Below, one piece after another: positions 1 through 11,103 of a DNA stretch of 64,000 nt (positions within the stretch are counted from its first letter, which is position 1; each line of letters starts with the position of its first letter). The notes below the pieces were generated by a model, which made no database searches, was not told the origin of the DNA, and was given only the letters and a program-made list of their open reading frames with translations. The stretch lies in the NCBI GenBank assembly GCA_963733055.1, contig CAVTBR010000001.1, forward strand, positions 320,001-384,000, written 5' to 3'. Both the position numbers and the translations under genes were made by a program. Source of the stretch: Candidatus Bathyarchaeota archaeon. GTDB taxonomy: Archaea; Thermoproteota; Bathyarchaeia; 40CM-2-53-6.

Positions 1-2181
1 AAGAATCTTGATGGTCCCGATCTGTCCCGTTCTGGTGCAGTGGGTTCCGCCGCATGCTTCTACGTCCCAGTCATCGATCTTTATGACGCGCAATTCGCGG
101 CCTGGGACGACGCCGCCCTGGTAAAGCCGGAACCCGTATTGTTGCTCGGCCTTCTCCCTAGGCATCCACTCTGATTCAACGGGAATATCCTCCAGCGCAA
201 TTTCTGTGGCCCGTCGCTCTATCTCTCTCGCCTGCTCATCAGTGATCTTCTCATAGTGCGAAATGTCGACGCGGCTTGATTCAACTCCTTTCTGCGCTCC
301 AGCCTGCCACACGTGCTGTCCAAGAACTCTCCTCGCGGCTCCTAGTATCAGGTGTGTGCCTGTGTGGTGACGCATGAGGCTGATACGCCTCTCCCAATCA
401 ATTGTACCCTGAACACTTTCGCCTACCTTCGGGGGTTTTCCGTCAAGTTGGTGAACAACAACGCGTCCGACTTTCTGCGTCCCAACTACCTTCACAGGGC
501 CACTTGCGGTTCGGATTTCTCCTATGTCCCCCGGCTGGCCTCCACCTTCAGGGTAGAAGCAGGTTTGGTCTAGCACAATGAACTCCTTTTGCAGCGCCGC
601 GAGTACTTTGCCTTGAAATTCCCGTTGGAATGGATCCTTATAGTAAAGTCGAACTGTTTCAGGAAGTTCATTGACCATATCCTTCAGCGAGGCCCCAACG
701 TCTGATTCTTCATCTTCCTCAGAAGCGCGCTTTCCGGAGAGATGCTTTTGCAGGACCATGGCGTAGAAGTTGCCGGGAGGATTGACGGCGACTCCTAATG
801 GTTCTGCGACTTCTCTAACGATGTCGGGAACCATCCCCTGTGAATCATACAATTCGACTAGGGAGTGAGAGGGGATTTCCTTCTGCCCTTTCGCTTTGAG
901 GTCGATTGCAATTTTCTTTACTAGGTCAGCGCCGCGTTCCAGGGTTCGTTTATACTTTGTTTCCTCGGATTTGATTGCTTCCGCTATCTCACGCCTCATG
1001 CCTTTCAGTTGCTGGAAGTCGTCTCCCCAATAATCGACCTGCGCGTCCAATATCTCCGGCATTCTGTCTTCGATTCCAAGTTGTCGAAGCATTCGGTATG
1101 TGCGGCGAATCAGCAACCTTGTCAGATAACCCTCTTCCACATTCGACGGAACGACTCCTTCTGATAATAGAAAAGCGATCGCCTTTGTGTGGTCGGCTAC
1201 AGCCATTGCAGATTCGATTGGCACTATTCCCTTTTCGAGGTCACGCCAATCCATGCCAACGCTCTCAGCCTCTTTCTTGCGGGCATCGATTCGGCTGTCG
1301 CCCCGTTCGATGTTCATGTAACTTGAGTACGGAACAACCTTCGCAACCAACGCCTTATCGTACTTCACGCCCGCCAGGCTGAAGATCTTGTCCAACACCG
1401 GGCCGTAGAGAACCTCAAAAGCGCTCGCCGTTCCTTGGCTCAGCCATGCCCATCGTTCGATCCCGTAACCGGTATCCACTGTTCGTATGGGCAGCTTCTG
1501 CAATTGATCGCCCCGCACCCTGTACTGCATGAAGACTAAGGTTGAAATTTCCAAGCCGGAGCAGAGACACTCCAAGTCGGGCCCAGCATTTCCGCCGCCG
1601 GACCAAAAATGCTCTTTGTAAGATATCGATTCGGATTTGAGACCGAACTCTTCCGTCGCTAGTCTATGGTGGTACCTTATGGTTTGATCCATCCAGTAAA
1701 TCTCCTTATCCGCGTAGTTGAAGGCGTGAGCGCCGCCCATCTCAAAGATCAACTCATGCCGTCCCAATGTGGGGCCGACGTTGTCAATGTCAGTGAAACG
1801 GATGGAGGGTTGGCTAACAACCAAGGGGTTTGCTGGTGGCGGAATGAGACCTTCTGTAACGTAGGGCTGGAAATCGTAGATCGATGCACCTACCAAGAAC
1901 ACGTCGTCCCTCCAGCGCGCCACGACGGGGTAAGGGTTGATTCTGGTGTGGCCGTTTTTCTCGAAGAATGATAGGAATAGTTCCCTCATATCATGAATTG
2001 AGTATGGCTTCTTTGCTGGTGGCTTGCCGATGAAGGAGTATTGTACGCACGGGCTGTCTCCGCAAAACCTCTCATCACTCTTTTGCGTCCAGAAGTAGCC
2101 TTTGCAGCATTCACACTGCTTACGTTCGAATCCGTTCTCTTTGAAGAACGGAACCGCAAATTCCTTCGCGCTAATTTCCAA
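1..2181 (-). CDS. alaS: Alanine--tRNA ligase (3' end outside window)
   Basis: Manual translation from TTG at 2181 gives MEISAKEFAVPFFKENGFERKQCECCKGYFWT (archaeal AlaRS N-terminus). Editing motifs SLMRHHTGTH and EACGGTHC lie near the window edge. Absent from the ORF track because it runs off the edge. Confidence 0.95.
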   Translation of the reverse strand, partial: MEISAKEFAVPFFKENGFERKQCECCKGYFWTQKSDERFCGDSPCVQYSFIGKPPAKKPYSIHDMRELFLSFFEKNGHTRINPYPVVARWRDDVFLVGASIYDFQPYVTEGLIPPPANPLVVSQPSIRFTDIDNVGPTLGRHELIFEMGGAHAFNYADKEIYWMDQTIRYHHRLATEEFGLKSESISYKEHFWSGGGNAGPDLECLCSGLEISTLVFMQYRVRGDQLQKLPIRTVDTGYGIERWAWLSQGTASAFEVLYGPVLDKIFSLAGVKYDKALVAKVVPYSSYMNIERGDSRIDARKKEAESVGMDWRDLEKGIVPIESAMAVADHTKAIAFLLSEGVVPSNVEEGYLTRLLIRRTYRMLRQLGIEDRMPEILDAQVDYWGDDFQQLKGMRREIAEAIKSEETKYKRTLERGADLVKKIAIDLKAKGQKEIPSHSLVELYDSQGMVPDIVREVAEPLGVAVNPPGNFYAMVLQKHLSGKRASEEDEESDVGASLKDMVNELPETVRLYYKDPFQREFQGKVLAALQKEFIVLDQTCFYPEGGGQPGDIGEIRTASGPVKVVGTQKVGRVVVHQLDGKPPKVGESVQGTIDWERRISLMRHHTGTHLILGAARRVLGQHVWQAGAQKGVESSRVDISHYEKITDEQAREIERRATEIALEDIPVESEWMPREKAEQQYGFRLYQGGVVPGRELRVIKIDDWDVEACGGTHCTRTGQIGTIKIL

Positions 2182-2635
2182 TAGCTACTCCTCTAACCAG
2201 GCAGAACAGAACGGCGCAACTGGGTTAGTAAGTTATTTGCCTCGTCCCTTTAGAAAGGCTTCGTGTCTGGTCGAGTGCGGTCGATTATGATTCTCGGCTT
2301 CGTCTGTTAGGTCGTGAAAACCCTCGGGCTTCTGATTCCTGTGCTGGGCTTCCTTGCTTCCCACACCAGGGCTGATGGAGATCGTACAGTCGCCTGCCTT
2401 CTTCGTCATTGGTAAATTTGGCACCACACCTACACACGGTATACTCCTCGGACAAGTCTCAACTCAGCTCTCACCCATTATTATCGAACGACTAAGGTAT
2501 AATCGTTGAACTCTTGCTCAGCCGAGCAACACTCGGAAAAACTCGCGCCCCATTACATTCACCCACCGGTATCCTCGACCCTCTGCGCCGTCCCCATAAC
2601 GAGCTCAAGGCAAAGCTGGTTCACGTGGAAGCCCC

Positions 2636-4132
2636 GTGCTGTCAAGCGCATCCGTGCCATGCCAAGTTAACGTGACAAAATCCAGCAGCAAACTTGGAAT
2701 AACAATTCCGCATTTCTCCCAAAGCAATCCTGCAAGGCAGGTTGTCCGGCTCACGGTGGCAAACGAAGCAACCCAAGCAAGCTTCCTCGCCCTAGCCGCA
2801 CCATGGGTCACAATCCCCACAAGCATCTGCACAAAACTGAACATCTCCTACGATCAGACAATCTCGATTCTCGAGATCAGACCAGTCCAACCGCACACTC
2901 GTCCCCCCTTCAAAACCGAGGGGGACAAGGTAGACATGCTCTCACTGATTCCGCCAACTTCCACCAACGGCTATCAATTGTACGTTGACGGATACGAGGA
3001 CAACGGAGAGCCGTGGCTTAGAATCTGGTACCACCATCCAAGAGGAGCCGCACGCCAAATAGAATTGAAGCGGTATGCTAATGCTGCAAGCCTTGGTGGT
3101 TTACTGGGACTACTTCAGGCCGAGGGCGAGAAGAAGTACGCCAGAGTTGTATTCAAGAATTCGGCCATCGCGGAACATGCTTATCTTGTCTCAGGGCTGG
3201 CGGAATTAGGTGTGCCTTTAGCGCTCATTCGCGGACGCTGCATTTTCAATCCGAGTAGGTCATCACTAGCAACTGCTTATGAATATGCTGAGCGATACAG
3301 AAACGCAACTAGGGTTACAATCGGACATTTCAGTGCGATTGACTCCATGAAGGGAGCTATTGCCGCGGATACTCTCGTGAGATCGAGTGTACTGGCAGCG
3401 GTACTCCTTTTCTCTATGAGCGAAGTTCGTCGAGGGGCATTCTGGAATAATTCACTTCGTCGCAATTTCCTTGCTAAGTTGCTTACTGGTGACGGATCGC
3501 TTGATGCAAGAAGAAGACCGCAGAGACTTGATGTCCGATTGACGATAGTCGACCGAGACATAGATGCTCTCCAAGATTATGCTGAGCTCCTCTCGCAAGA
3601 AGGCTTCAAGGCAAGTGTATATTCGGATCGAATCACCGTTCGCGCATATTGCACGTGGTTAAATCTTGTAAGACTCTATGAAATTGGTGCTTTCAGGAAT
3701 GGGAGAAACTGGATCAAATTACTATGCGCGATAAAGATCACAATCCTGGGAAGGGAGAATCGTGGATACAAGAGAATTCAAGAGCTATCGAGGTTGGACT
3801 CAATTACAAGCGACGATATCTCGGGAAAGTATGGGATTGGAAGACGCTCGGCAAACCTGTGGATAGGTACAATGCTTCGCAAAGAAATGTTAGAAAGACT
3901 GCTGACAAACCGAAACGACGGACGAAAGGAGTACGTAGTGGCTGCGAAGGGAAAGGCGCTAGCCGGAATCATCGAAGCGATCCAACGCGATTACGATGAG
4001 GTCAGCAAACAGAAAGGAACTGATGATCCCCACGTTATTCTTCAAGAAATGAAGTACAAAGGAAAACCTGGGCAGACAAAACAATTGCTCGCGAAGCCAG
4101 TTATTCGGGCGTCTTCCGCTGAAACGGCTTAA
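2636..4132 (+). CDS. Free-standing LAGLIDADG-endonuclease-like protein with C-terminal winged HTH
   Basis: Two LAGLIDADG-like helices (LLGLLQAEG, FLAKLLTGDGSL) and a wHTH-like tail (ITSDDISGKYGIGRRSANLWIGTMLRKEML...YVVAAKG). Start codon uncertain. Confidence 0.7.
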   Translation: MLSSASVPCQVNVTKSSSKLGITIPHFSQSNPARQVVRLTVANEATQASFLALAAPWVTIPTSICTKLNISYDQTISILEIRPVQPHTRPPFKTEGDKVDMLSLIPPTSTNGYQLYVDGYEDNGEPWLRIWYHHPRGAARQIELKRYANAASLGGLLGLLQAEGEKKYARVVFKNSAIAEHAYLVSGLAELGVPLALIRGRCIFNPSRSSLATAYEYAERYRNATRVTIGHFSAIDSMKGAIAADTLVRSSVLAAVLLFSMSEVRRGAFWNNSLRRNFLAKLLTGDGSLDARRRPQRLDVRLTIVDRDIDALQDYAELLSQEGFKASVYSDRITVRAYCTWLNLVRLYEIGAFRNGRNWIKLLCAIKITILGRENRGYKRIQELSRLDSITSDDISGKYGIGRRSANLWIGTMLRKEMLERLLTNRNDGRKEYVVAAKGKALAGIIEAIQRDYDEVSKQKGTDDPHVILQEMKYKGKPGQTKQLLAKPVIRASSAETA

Positions 4133-4164
4133 TTTATAGCGTTTGAGCTAAAAGGAGCTCAAAA

Positions 4165-4461
4165 TCAACCGAACAGTGCTCCGAGCCCGGCTAATGCCTC
4201 TTCCGACTTCTTTTCTTCTTTCTTCTCTTCTTTCTTGCCTGCAGCGGCTGCTGCGGGTGCTGGTGCTGCTGCGGCTACTTGCATTGTTTGTGCGGCTTTG
4301 AGGGCGTCGTCGATTTTGATTTCGGAGAGTGCGGCGACTAGGGCTTTGACTCTTGGTTCGTCGACCTTGACTCCTGCTGCGGTTAGGACTTTCTTTACAC
4401 CGTCGTCAGTTACTTTGCCGCCTGCTGAGTGTAGCAGGAGTGCTGCGTAGACGTATTCCAT
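4165..4461 (-). CDS. rpl12: 50S ribosomal stalk protein P1 (L12p)
   Basis: [11 protein letters not shown] start, Ala-rich hinge, C-terminal GLGALFG. Confidence 0.97.
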   Translation of the reverse strand: MEYVYAALLLHSAGGKVTDDGVKKVLTAAGVKVDEPRVKALVAALSEIKIDDALKAAQTMQVAAAAPAPAAAAAGKKEEKKEEKKSEEALAGLGALFG

Positions 4462-4513
4462 TTCTTTCACCGAATTTTAGCGGGATTCCTGTGCTTAGCC
4501 GAAGCCCCTCTTT

Positions 4514-5431
4514 TCAACCTTTTCCTTCAGCTGGCGGAGTTTCTGGGGTTTGTTGTGGCGTGATCGCTTCAGGTTTTACCGCTGAAATTGCTGATGAGAG
4601 TGCGCTCGCGTTGGAATATGCTCTCCGGATAATGAGGTCCGTGGTTTGTTTGGTGAAGAACCCTGCTTCAACGCTAACCTCGACCGCCTGCCGGTACGCC
4701 TTGGAGATGATCAGTGGCGCCGTCTCGGGTAGCATGAAGTTCGCTTCTACCGCGACTCCGATAGCCAAGCGTGCGGCTGATGAGATGTCAGCTTTCATTT
4801 TGTCGAGGTCGAAGGCGAGATCGTTCGGGCCGAGCAGTAAGCCGTTGTCGTATGCGTATGAAAGCGAGAGGCCGGCTTCCATTGGTTTCATACCAAGTTT
4901 CGAAAGCAGTGACGCGGTCTTAACCGGGATTACATCTCCCTTCGTAACAACAATGGTATCTTCAGCGACGAAGATGCTACCACCTTCAATCCGAGTTTTC
5001 ACCTTCGCTTCATTGAATTCGCTAATGACGGGCCCGGGCTGTATGCCGGTATTTCCGCCGGGGATCATTATGTCGCCTGTAGCGATGTCTCCCCCTTTGG
5101 CGGGGACCCTAACTTTGTTCTTGTTGAGGAAGATGATTAGTTCGAAGGGGTTCATTTGAGTAAAGATGAGCACTTTCGATCCGGTGAGGGAATCCGCGAA
5201 CTGGTTCACCTTCTCCTTCTGGCCAGCTGCTTTTTCAGCGGCTTTCCGCAGAATCGTATTCTTCGCTACTATGAGTTCGGCCTTGCCACGTAGTTTCTTT
5301 CTAATCTCCTGAATCTGAGACGAGCGTACTTTCTGTAGGTCGGCTACGGCGATGACTGAGTATTTGTTCAGTAGTTCGGTGAGGTCGTCGAAGATTTCCT
5401 TCTTCCAAACGGCGACCTGTTGGGTGAGCAT
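4514..5431 (-). CDS. rpl10: 50S ribosomal protein L10 (P0)
   Basis: KNT motif, GNTGIQPGP insertion domain, between rpl1 and rpl12. Confidence 0.97.
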   Translation of the reverse strand: MLTQQVAVWKKEIFDDLTELLNKYSVIAVADLQKVRSSQIQEIRKKLRGKAELIVAKNTILRKAAEKAAGQKEKVNQFADSLTGSKVLIFTQMNPFELIIFLNKNKVRVPAKGGDIATGDIMIPGGNTGIQPGPVISEFNEAKVKTRIEGGSIFVAEDTIVVTKGDVIPVKTASLLSKLGMKPMEAGLSLSYAYDNGLLLGPNDLAFDLDKMKADISSAARLAIGVAVEANFMLPETAPLIISKAYRQAVEVSVEAGFFTKQTTDLIIRRAYSNASALSSAISAVKPEAITPQQTPETPPAEGKG

Positions 5432-5437
5432 CGTTAA

Positions 5438-6094
5438 TCACTTTGTGAGGCTGATCTTTACCGGTTTGCTCATCGTTCCTTTGACGAGGATTTCGCCGAT
5501 GTTCTTGAAACCTCTCTCAAGCTTCTGCTCGATTCTTGAGACAACCGCCTGAATATTCTCCACAAGCTTCTCGTCGGGCATGGCCTCCGTTCCCACCCGA
5601 CACTGCAGGACGGGTTGCTCTCGCATACGCACACGGACCATCTTGCGGTGGTTTACGATCACTTGATCGACCGGTGCGTTAGGCGGGATGGGTGTGGGCA
5701 TCTTGCCCCTCGGGCCGAGGAACGACCCTAGCGCTCTTCCGACGAGTGGCATGAGAGGCGCTTCGGCGATGAAGAAGTCGTATTCCTGCGCCAACTTTCG
5801 TGCCCCCTTCTTGTCCTTGGCCAGGTTTTCAATCTCCTGCCTACCGACGAGCATATCAGCCCCAGCAGCTTTCGCCCGTGTCGCCAGGTCCCCGGAGGCG
5901 ATTACACAAACTTTCAAAGCTTTCTCAGGAGGATTGGGTAGTGGGATGGCTTCGTTGATACGGTTCTCGGGCTTCTTCAGGTCAACTTCGCGAAGTCGAA
6001 CGACTAGGTCGATGGATTGAGTGAATTTCTTCTTGGTTAGACCCTTTCGTAACTCACCGAGTGCCCTAGATATTTCGTCCTTAGCAAGTGGCAA
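5438..6094 (-). CDS. rpl1: 50S ribosomal protein L1
   Basis: KKFTQSIDL, LGPRGKMP and TMSKPVKI motifs. Confidence 0.97.
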   Translation of the reverse strand: MPLAKDEISRALGELRKGLTKKKFTQSIDLVVRLREVDLKKPENRINEAIPLPNPPEKALKVCVIASGDLATRAKAAGADMLVGRQEIENLAKDKKGARKLAQEYDFFIAEAPLMPLVGRALGSFLGPRGKMPTPIPPNAPVDQVIVNHRKMVRVRMREQPVLQCRVGTEAMPDEKLVENIQAVVSRIEQKLERGFKNIGEILVKGTMSKPVKISLTK

Positions 6095-6231
6095 CGATTA
6101 GACCATCTAGACAATTTTCTGACTCACGATTTCCCCTGACCCATAAAAACGTTTCAGATTGAAACGGAGAGGAGGCCGACCCTTTTGTTGGACGGCCTCT
6201 ACGATTCTAGTCGAATTTCCGTTGTTTGGGC

Positions 6232-7839
6232 CTATTCTGGCGGTATTGTTTTCAGCGCGATTGAGAGGTCGAGGCCCTCACGTTTGTGGTAGGCCCACGA
6301 GGCGAAGTATATGATGAACGCTAACGCGATAACGCTCCCTGTTAAGTAGTAACCGAACGTGGTGGGTACTGCTGCCGCGGGCGTTACGAATCCGAGGTAT
6401 CCTTCCCAAGCGAACGCTATTGCGGTTATGATTCCTACAATGGATACGACCGGTAGCCCTGCAAGTTTCCACCTCACGAAGCCGGGAGACTGGCTGAAGA
6501 GATCTTTCTTCACAAATGGGAAGATTGCTAACGCAAGGCCCGGTACGACGTAGCTAACGTCCCAGATCACGGTTCCCATTGTGAACGAGCCAGACCAGCC
6601 TAACAAGAAGTAGACCACTTCGGACAATATGCCGAGTACAACGACAGCTATGATAGATAGATGCGGCGTACGGAATCGCTCTCCTATGTCCGCGAACTTA
6701 GTCGGAATTACTCTATCAAATGCCCAAGCGAACATATACTTGCTTGCGATCCAGAAGTAAGCGAAGATCGGAGCCAACGATCCGAGTAGGTATGTGATGA
6801 ACATGACATAGATCAGCGCGGTGTTCGGATAAGCGGCCACGGCTAACATCAACGGCTGTGAGGGTGGAAACGGAAGAGCAAACTTACCGTTGTCAAAAGC
6901 GTAGCCGACCGCGTACATCCAGTTCGCGCCAACCGCGTTTAAGGTAAGGGTTGAGGTTATGCTCCAATAGATTATGCCGAACAATAGTGACAAGAACAAT
7001 GCGATTGGAATTGATTTCTTAACGTTCTTGATTTCTCCTACGAAAGCGTTTGTGTAATTTCCTCCCAAGAGAAAGAGTGATGCGAGCGGAAGCGCAACGG
7101 CAATGGAAGAGAAGCCTGGTGGAGAAAGCGTGAAGCCGGCCGACTGTCCTGCTGATTGGACTGCTTGGTATGTGGCGTTGTTTCCGAAACTGGGGACTAA
7201 GAGGGTGTTCCAGTTGGAAGCAAACGTTTGCGGATTCATGGTTGCGAGAATGTACCACATTAATGCTATTCCGATTACAGCAGCTATCCAGGAACCGTAC
7301 ATGAGACCTTTGATGAATCTGGATCCGAAGATGGAGAACACGCCGAACAGAAGCGTAAGCAAGATCGAAAGCTCAATTGTCCCAACCGAACCGCCAAGGA
7401 AACTCCCGAAGTTGGTCATTGATGGCGAGTTGCCGATTATTCCAAGTGACGTCAAGGAAATTGAAAACGCAAATGAAAACGGCGCGACTCCGGCTCCCAC
7501 AAAGGCGACGAATAGGACGATGAACATGTAGATTAATCCCCAAGCGAAACCGATTGCGGGATGGAAGATTCTCCCCACCCAGACGTAATCATTTCCAGTC
7601 CTAGGCATTACTATAGCCATGACCCAGTATGCAACCATCAGGAAAATGAATGGAATCGCCGCTACTACCAAGGAGGTTGGGAGGTCAGCACCTCCGGTAT
7701 TTCCATAGAACCAAGCGAATTGGACGGTCGTAAAGATAAGTGCGAACACCATTGCACTAGAAAAGAGCAATGCATCTAGTGCGCCGAATTCCCTGACGAA
7801 ACCTGTCGCATTTCTAACGAAAACTTTTGATGAGGCCAA
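6232..7839 (-). CDS. APC-family amino acid/amine permease
   Basis: About 12-14 hydrophobic segments. VFVRNATGFVRE start, MPRTGNDYVW, FDRVIP, C-terminal IPPE. Confidence 0.88.
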   Translation of the reverse strand: MASSKVFVRNATGFVREFGALDALLFSSAMVFALIFTTVQFAWFYGNTGGADLPTSLVVAAIPFIFLMVAYWVMAIVMPRTGNDYVWVGRIFHPAIGFAWGLIYMFIVLFVAFVGAGVAPFSFAFSISLTSLGIIGNSPSMTNFGSFLGGSVGTIELSILLTLLFGVFSIFGSRFIKGLMYGSWIAAVIGIALMWYILATMNPQTFASNWNTLLVPSFGNNATYQAVQSAGQSAGFTLSPPGFSSIAVALPLASLFLLGGNYTNAFVGEIKNVKKSIPIALFLSLLFGIIYWSITSTLTLNAVGANWMYAVGYAFDNGKFALPFPPSQPLMLAVAAYPNTALIYVMFITYLLGSLAPIFAYFWIASKYMFAWAFDRVIPTKFADIGERFRTPHLSIIAVVVLGILSEVVYFLLGWSGSFTMGTVIWDVSYVVPGLALAIFPFVKKDLFSQSPGFVRWKLAGLPVVSIVGIITAIAFAWEGYLGFVTPAAAVPTTFGYYLTGSVIALAFIIYFASWAYHKREGLDLSIALKTIPPE

Positions 7840-7937
7840 ACCCGTTCTATACGTACGACTTGGGCTTTACATATAACATTTACGAGCTCTGAGCCAAGCG
7901 TCACGGGCCTATGAGCCTGAAAACACTGGCCGCCGCT

Positions 7938-9131
7938 TCAATTCACACCTACTCGGTAAAGCGTACTTGCATTTCCTGAAAGGATACTCGCTGCTTTCTC
8001 CGTGGCCTCATCCTCATCGAAAACGTTTCCCTCAATGAATTTAGTGAAACATTTCTCGAGCACCCGTTTCCCTAGTTTCGCGCTGAACCAGAAAACTTCT
8101 GGGACGCCGAAACCATCGGAACCGTACATAACCTTCGAACTCGGAGCAATCTCCAAGATTTCCATAAGCCGCTGATCGCTGACAGGGTTGAGGAATGGAA
8201 TTGTGAGGGAGAAGTCCAGGAAGACGTTCGGAAGTACGGATGCCATGTAGGCGGCATTTTGGTTGTTTGGAAACCCAGAGTGGACCAGTGCGACTGTTGC
8301 GTGTCGGATCTTATCGTCCGTAAGAAGGTCAAACAACAGCCCCGGATCACATTGATCTAGCAGGATCTCGTAGTCCCCAACGCCGGTGTGGATCTGCATT
8401 GGAATGTCCAGGTCGATCGAGAGCTCTAACGATCGAACGGTTAGAAAGTCACGAAGCATCTTCACCTTGGGGCCAAACCAAGCCTGTTCCGCGCGGCCTT
8501 GTCGTGCAGCCTGAAAATCGTTCTTAGCAGTTTTTTCGTCTACCCGCCTTATCTTTAGACCAGTTCGATACGCGATAATAGTCTTAAGCCCAACAAAGCC
8601 CTCGCTCTTGACCGCCTTGCGGATTCTCGAATCGAATTCCGAGCAAAACTCTTCAAATGAGTCGTGTTTTGCCAACAATTCGTTGATCTGGGGTTCGACC
8701 CGAAATATCTTCGCAACCTTAGCCGGAAAATGCTTCACATCGTCCTCGGTTAAGGGAGGGTAAGCGCCGTCCATAACGAGGCCCTCAAGCCTTACGTTTT
8801 GGAATAGTTCCCGCACGTATGAGTCAAAGTCTTTGGCCCTGGCGCTTCGGGCACTGGCGACCGCTTCTAAGTCATCTTTGCAGTGGAAGAATTCAGAGAG
8901 CCACCGAAACATCAGATTGGAGTATGGCTGCTCCACATCCATCGCTGAAATTCTGCTCTTAGATCTCTGCAACTGATTGAGAGCCGGTTTGAATTTCCCG
9001 TCTAGAAAACTCGGAGGTGCCGCGAGAATGTTCGAGTACCGGGCAAATTCGGTTGAATGCATGACCTTCGGCGAGCTTAGGTACGAGTGACAGTGCGCAT
9101 CCACGACGGGTAGCTTGGAGAAATCGAGCAA
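7938..9131 (-). CDS. Amidohydrolase-family protein (FluG/NodGS N-terminal type)
   Basis: [26 protein letters not shown] and YGSDG metal-binding motifs. Confidence 0.85.
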   Translation of the reverse strand: MLDFSKLPVVDAHCHSYLSSPKVMHSTEFARYSNILAAPPSFLDGKFKPALNQLQRSKSRISAMDVEQPYSNLMFRWLSEFFHCKDDLEAVASARSARAKDFDSYVRELFQNVRLEGLVMDGAYPPLTEDDVKHFPAKVAKIFRVEPQINELLAKHDSFEEFCSEFDSRIRKAVKSEGFVGLKTIIAYRTGLKIRRVDEKTAKNDFQAARQGRAEQAWFGPKVKMLRDFLTVRSLELSIDLDIPMQIHTGVGDYEILLDQCDPGLLFDLLTDDKIRHATVALVHSGFPNNQNAAYMASVLPNVFLDFSLTIPFLNPVSDQRLMEILEIAPSSKVMYGSDGFGVPEVFWFSAKLGKRVLEKCFTKFIEGNVFDEDEATEKAASILSGNASTLYRVGVN

Positions 9132-9207
9132 AGAGGTAAGTCACTACCGGGTTGAAAACGCATCAACTTCTAATAACACCGTCGGAAGGTCACCGAAATG
9201 GGGACCA

Positions 9208-10810
9208 TTGCGCTTGTTCACTTCAGGCTTGGTTGTCTCAGCGAATCCTGAAGCATCAAAGTCCGGCTTGAGTATTCTAAAGAACGGAGGCAATGCTGTA
9301 GACGCAGCCGTAGCTACCGCGCACACTCTCGGTGTGGCCGCGCCGGCTTTCTCCGGAATCGGTGGAGGCGGATTCGCATTGATTTGGCTCGCGGGAAGCG
9401 AAAGCGGTCTTCATTGATTTTCGCGAGAGAGCCCCGTCCAATGCCTCAGAGGAGATGTTCAAGCTAACGAGGTCGGGGAAGGTCGTCCGTGAGGAGAATT
9501 CAGTGGGTTACAAGTCCGTGGCAGTTCCCGGAACAATCTCAGGCCATGGTTTGATGCTAGAGAAATATGGGACGATGAAGTTGAAGGACACACTCGCGCC
9601 CGCCATTAAATGTGCAAGAAGGGGCTTTCGCGTGGGTAGGGCGCTTGACTTCACTTGGAAACCCGGTGTAACGAAACTCAAGCGGTTTGACGACTCCAGG
9701 AAGACGTACCTCAAAAGAGGCCGACCCTACCACCAAGGCGAGAAGATTACACTACCATCCCTAGCGAAAACCCTAGAGACCTTAGGACATGATGGTGTCG
9801 AGGAATTCTACAACGGAGCGATTGCGGAGAAGATTTGTCAGGACATGAAGGCAAATGACGGGCTCATAACTTCCGCTGATCTGGAACGATACAAGCCTAC
9901 GATACGGGAACCGCTTCGTGGAACATACAGGGATTACGAAATTCTTACCGCGCCACCACCGAGTTCTGGTGGAGCAATAATTCTTCAATCACTCAACATG
10001 TTGGAGAGCCGACCTCTGGAACGTTTCGGGCAGAACTCTCCGAAATCATTGCATGTAATCTCGGAAGCGTTAGCGCGAAGTAATTTGAGCTGCAGAGCCA
10101 GCATTTCCGATCCTGAATTCGTCGACGCTCCGATGGGTAAGTTGCTATCGAAGGAATTCGCGGAAGAAGTTGGGTCGACGATTAACCCGGACAGAGCCTC
10201 AATGCCAGCCGAACCGACCGGCTCCCCTTTGATGCCCGCTTCGAATACGTCACATTTAGTGGTGATCGATTCTGAGCATAATTTGGTTTCGATGACGGAG
10301 AGCGTGGAATGCTATTTCGGTTCAGGAATCACCGTTCCGGGGACTGGGATGATTTTGAATGACACGATGCATGATTTTGAGCCTAGGCCGAAGATGGCGA
10401 ATTCCGTGGCTCCTTGGAAGATACCGATGAGCAGCATGACTCCCACCATCATCCTCAAGAACGGTCGACCAATCATGGCGGTTGGCTCAGCCGGAGGGCC
10501 GAGAATCGTCTCGTCAATCTTGCTGGTTATTTTGAACGTGCTGGAGTTCAAAATGGGGCTCGAAAACGCTGTGGCGGCTCCAAGAATTCATGTCCACGGA
10601 AACCTTGTACAACTGGAAAACACCCTAACCCGAAAGACCGCGACCGAACTCCGCAAGATGGGACATTCGGTTGAAATAAGAAAACTCACGGGACGGGGAG
10701 ACCCAGGGTTGTATTTCGGTGGTGTACACGCAGCACAACTCTCAGAAGACAACCGCCTAAGCGGCGCGGCGGACCCGAGAAGAGATGGCCTCGCGGTTGG
10801 CATACCTTGA
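9208..10810 (+). CDS. ggt: Gamma-glutamyltranspeptidase, frameshifted near 9391-9395
   Basis: N-part [10 protein letters not shown]...SGIGGGGF continues in another frame as [14 protein letters not shown]. Also NTSH nucleophile, GSAGG, ADPRRDG. Start approximate. Confidence 0.9.
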
Positions 10811-10889
10811 CAGGCCGATGTGGCTGTAACGTAAGGAAACCTTCAGATTAATAGCGAGCGCCACAGCCATAGGGCGAGGTAACTAGCCT

Positions 10890-11099
10890 TTGTCAGAAGT
10901 GAAAAAGTTCAGAATTACGGGTGAGATAAAGAAAGGCCTCACTAAGGTTCCTTTCTCTGTCGAATTCAGCGCCCTCAAGAAGGAACATGCGCTCGAACGG
11001 CTTTACGCAGAGATGGGAAGTAGGCATAGAGCGCGCCAATTCGAGATTAAGATAAAGGACGTTCAGGAATCGAAACCGGCGGCCGAAGCCAAGGCATAG
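10890..11099 (+). CDS. rpl18a: 50S ribosomal protein L18Ae (LX/eL20)
   Basis: ALERLYAEMGSRH motif, upstream of prefoldin alpha. Confidence 0.92.
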   Translation: MSEVKKFRITGEIKKGLTKVPFSVEFSALKKEHALERLYAEMGSRHRARQFEIKIKDVQESKPAAEAKA

Positions 11100-11103
11100 A
11101 GAA

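Noticed and set aside
352-2290. Several plus-strand ORFs in the track
   Set aside because: They are antisense shadows of alaS
7883-7917. GAGCTCTGA...GCCTATG resembling 15224-15245, as possible inversion-end repeats
   Set aside because: Short, differently spaced and in direct rather than inverted orientation
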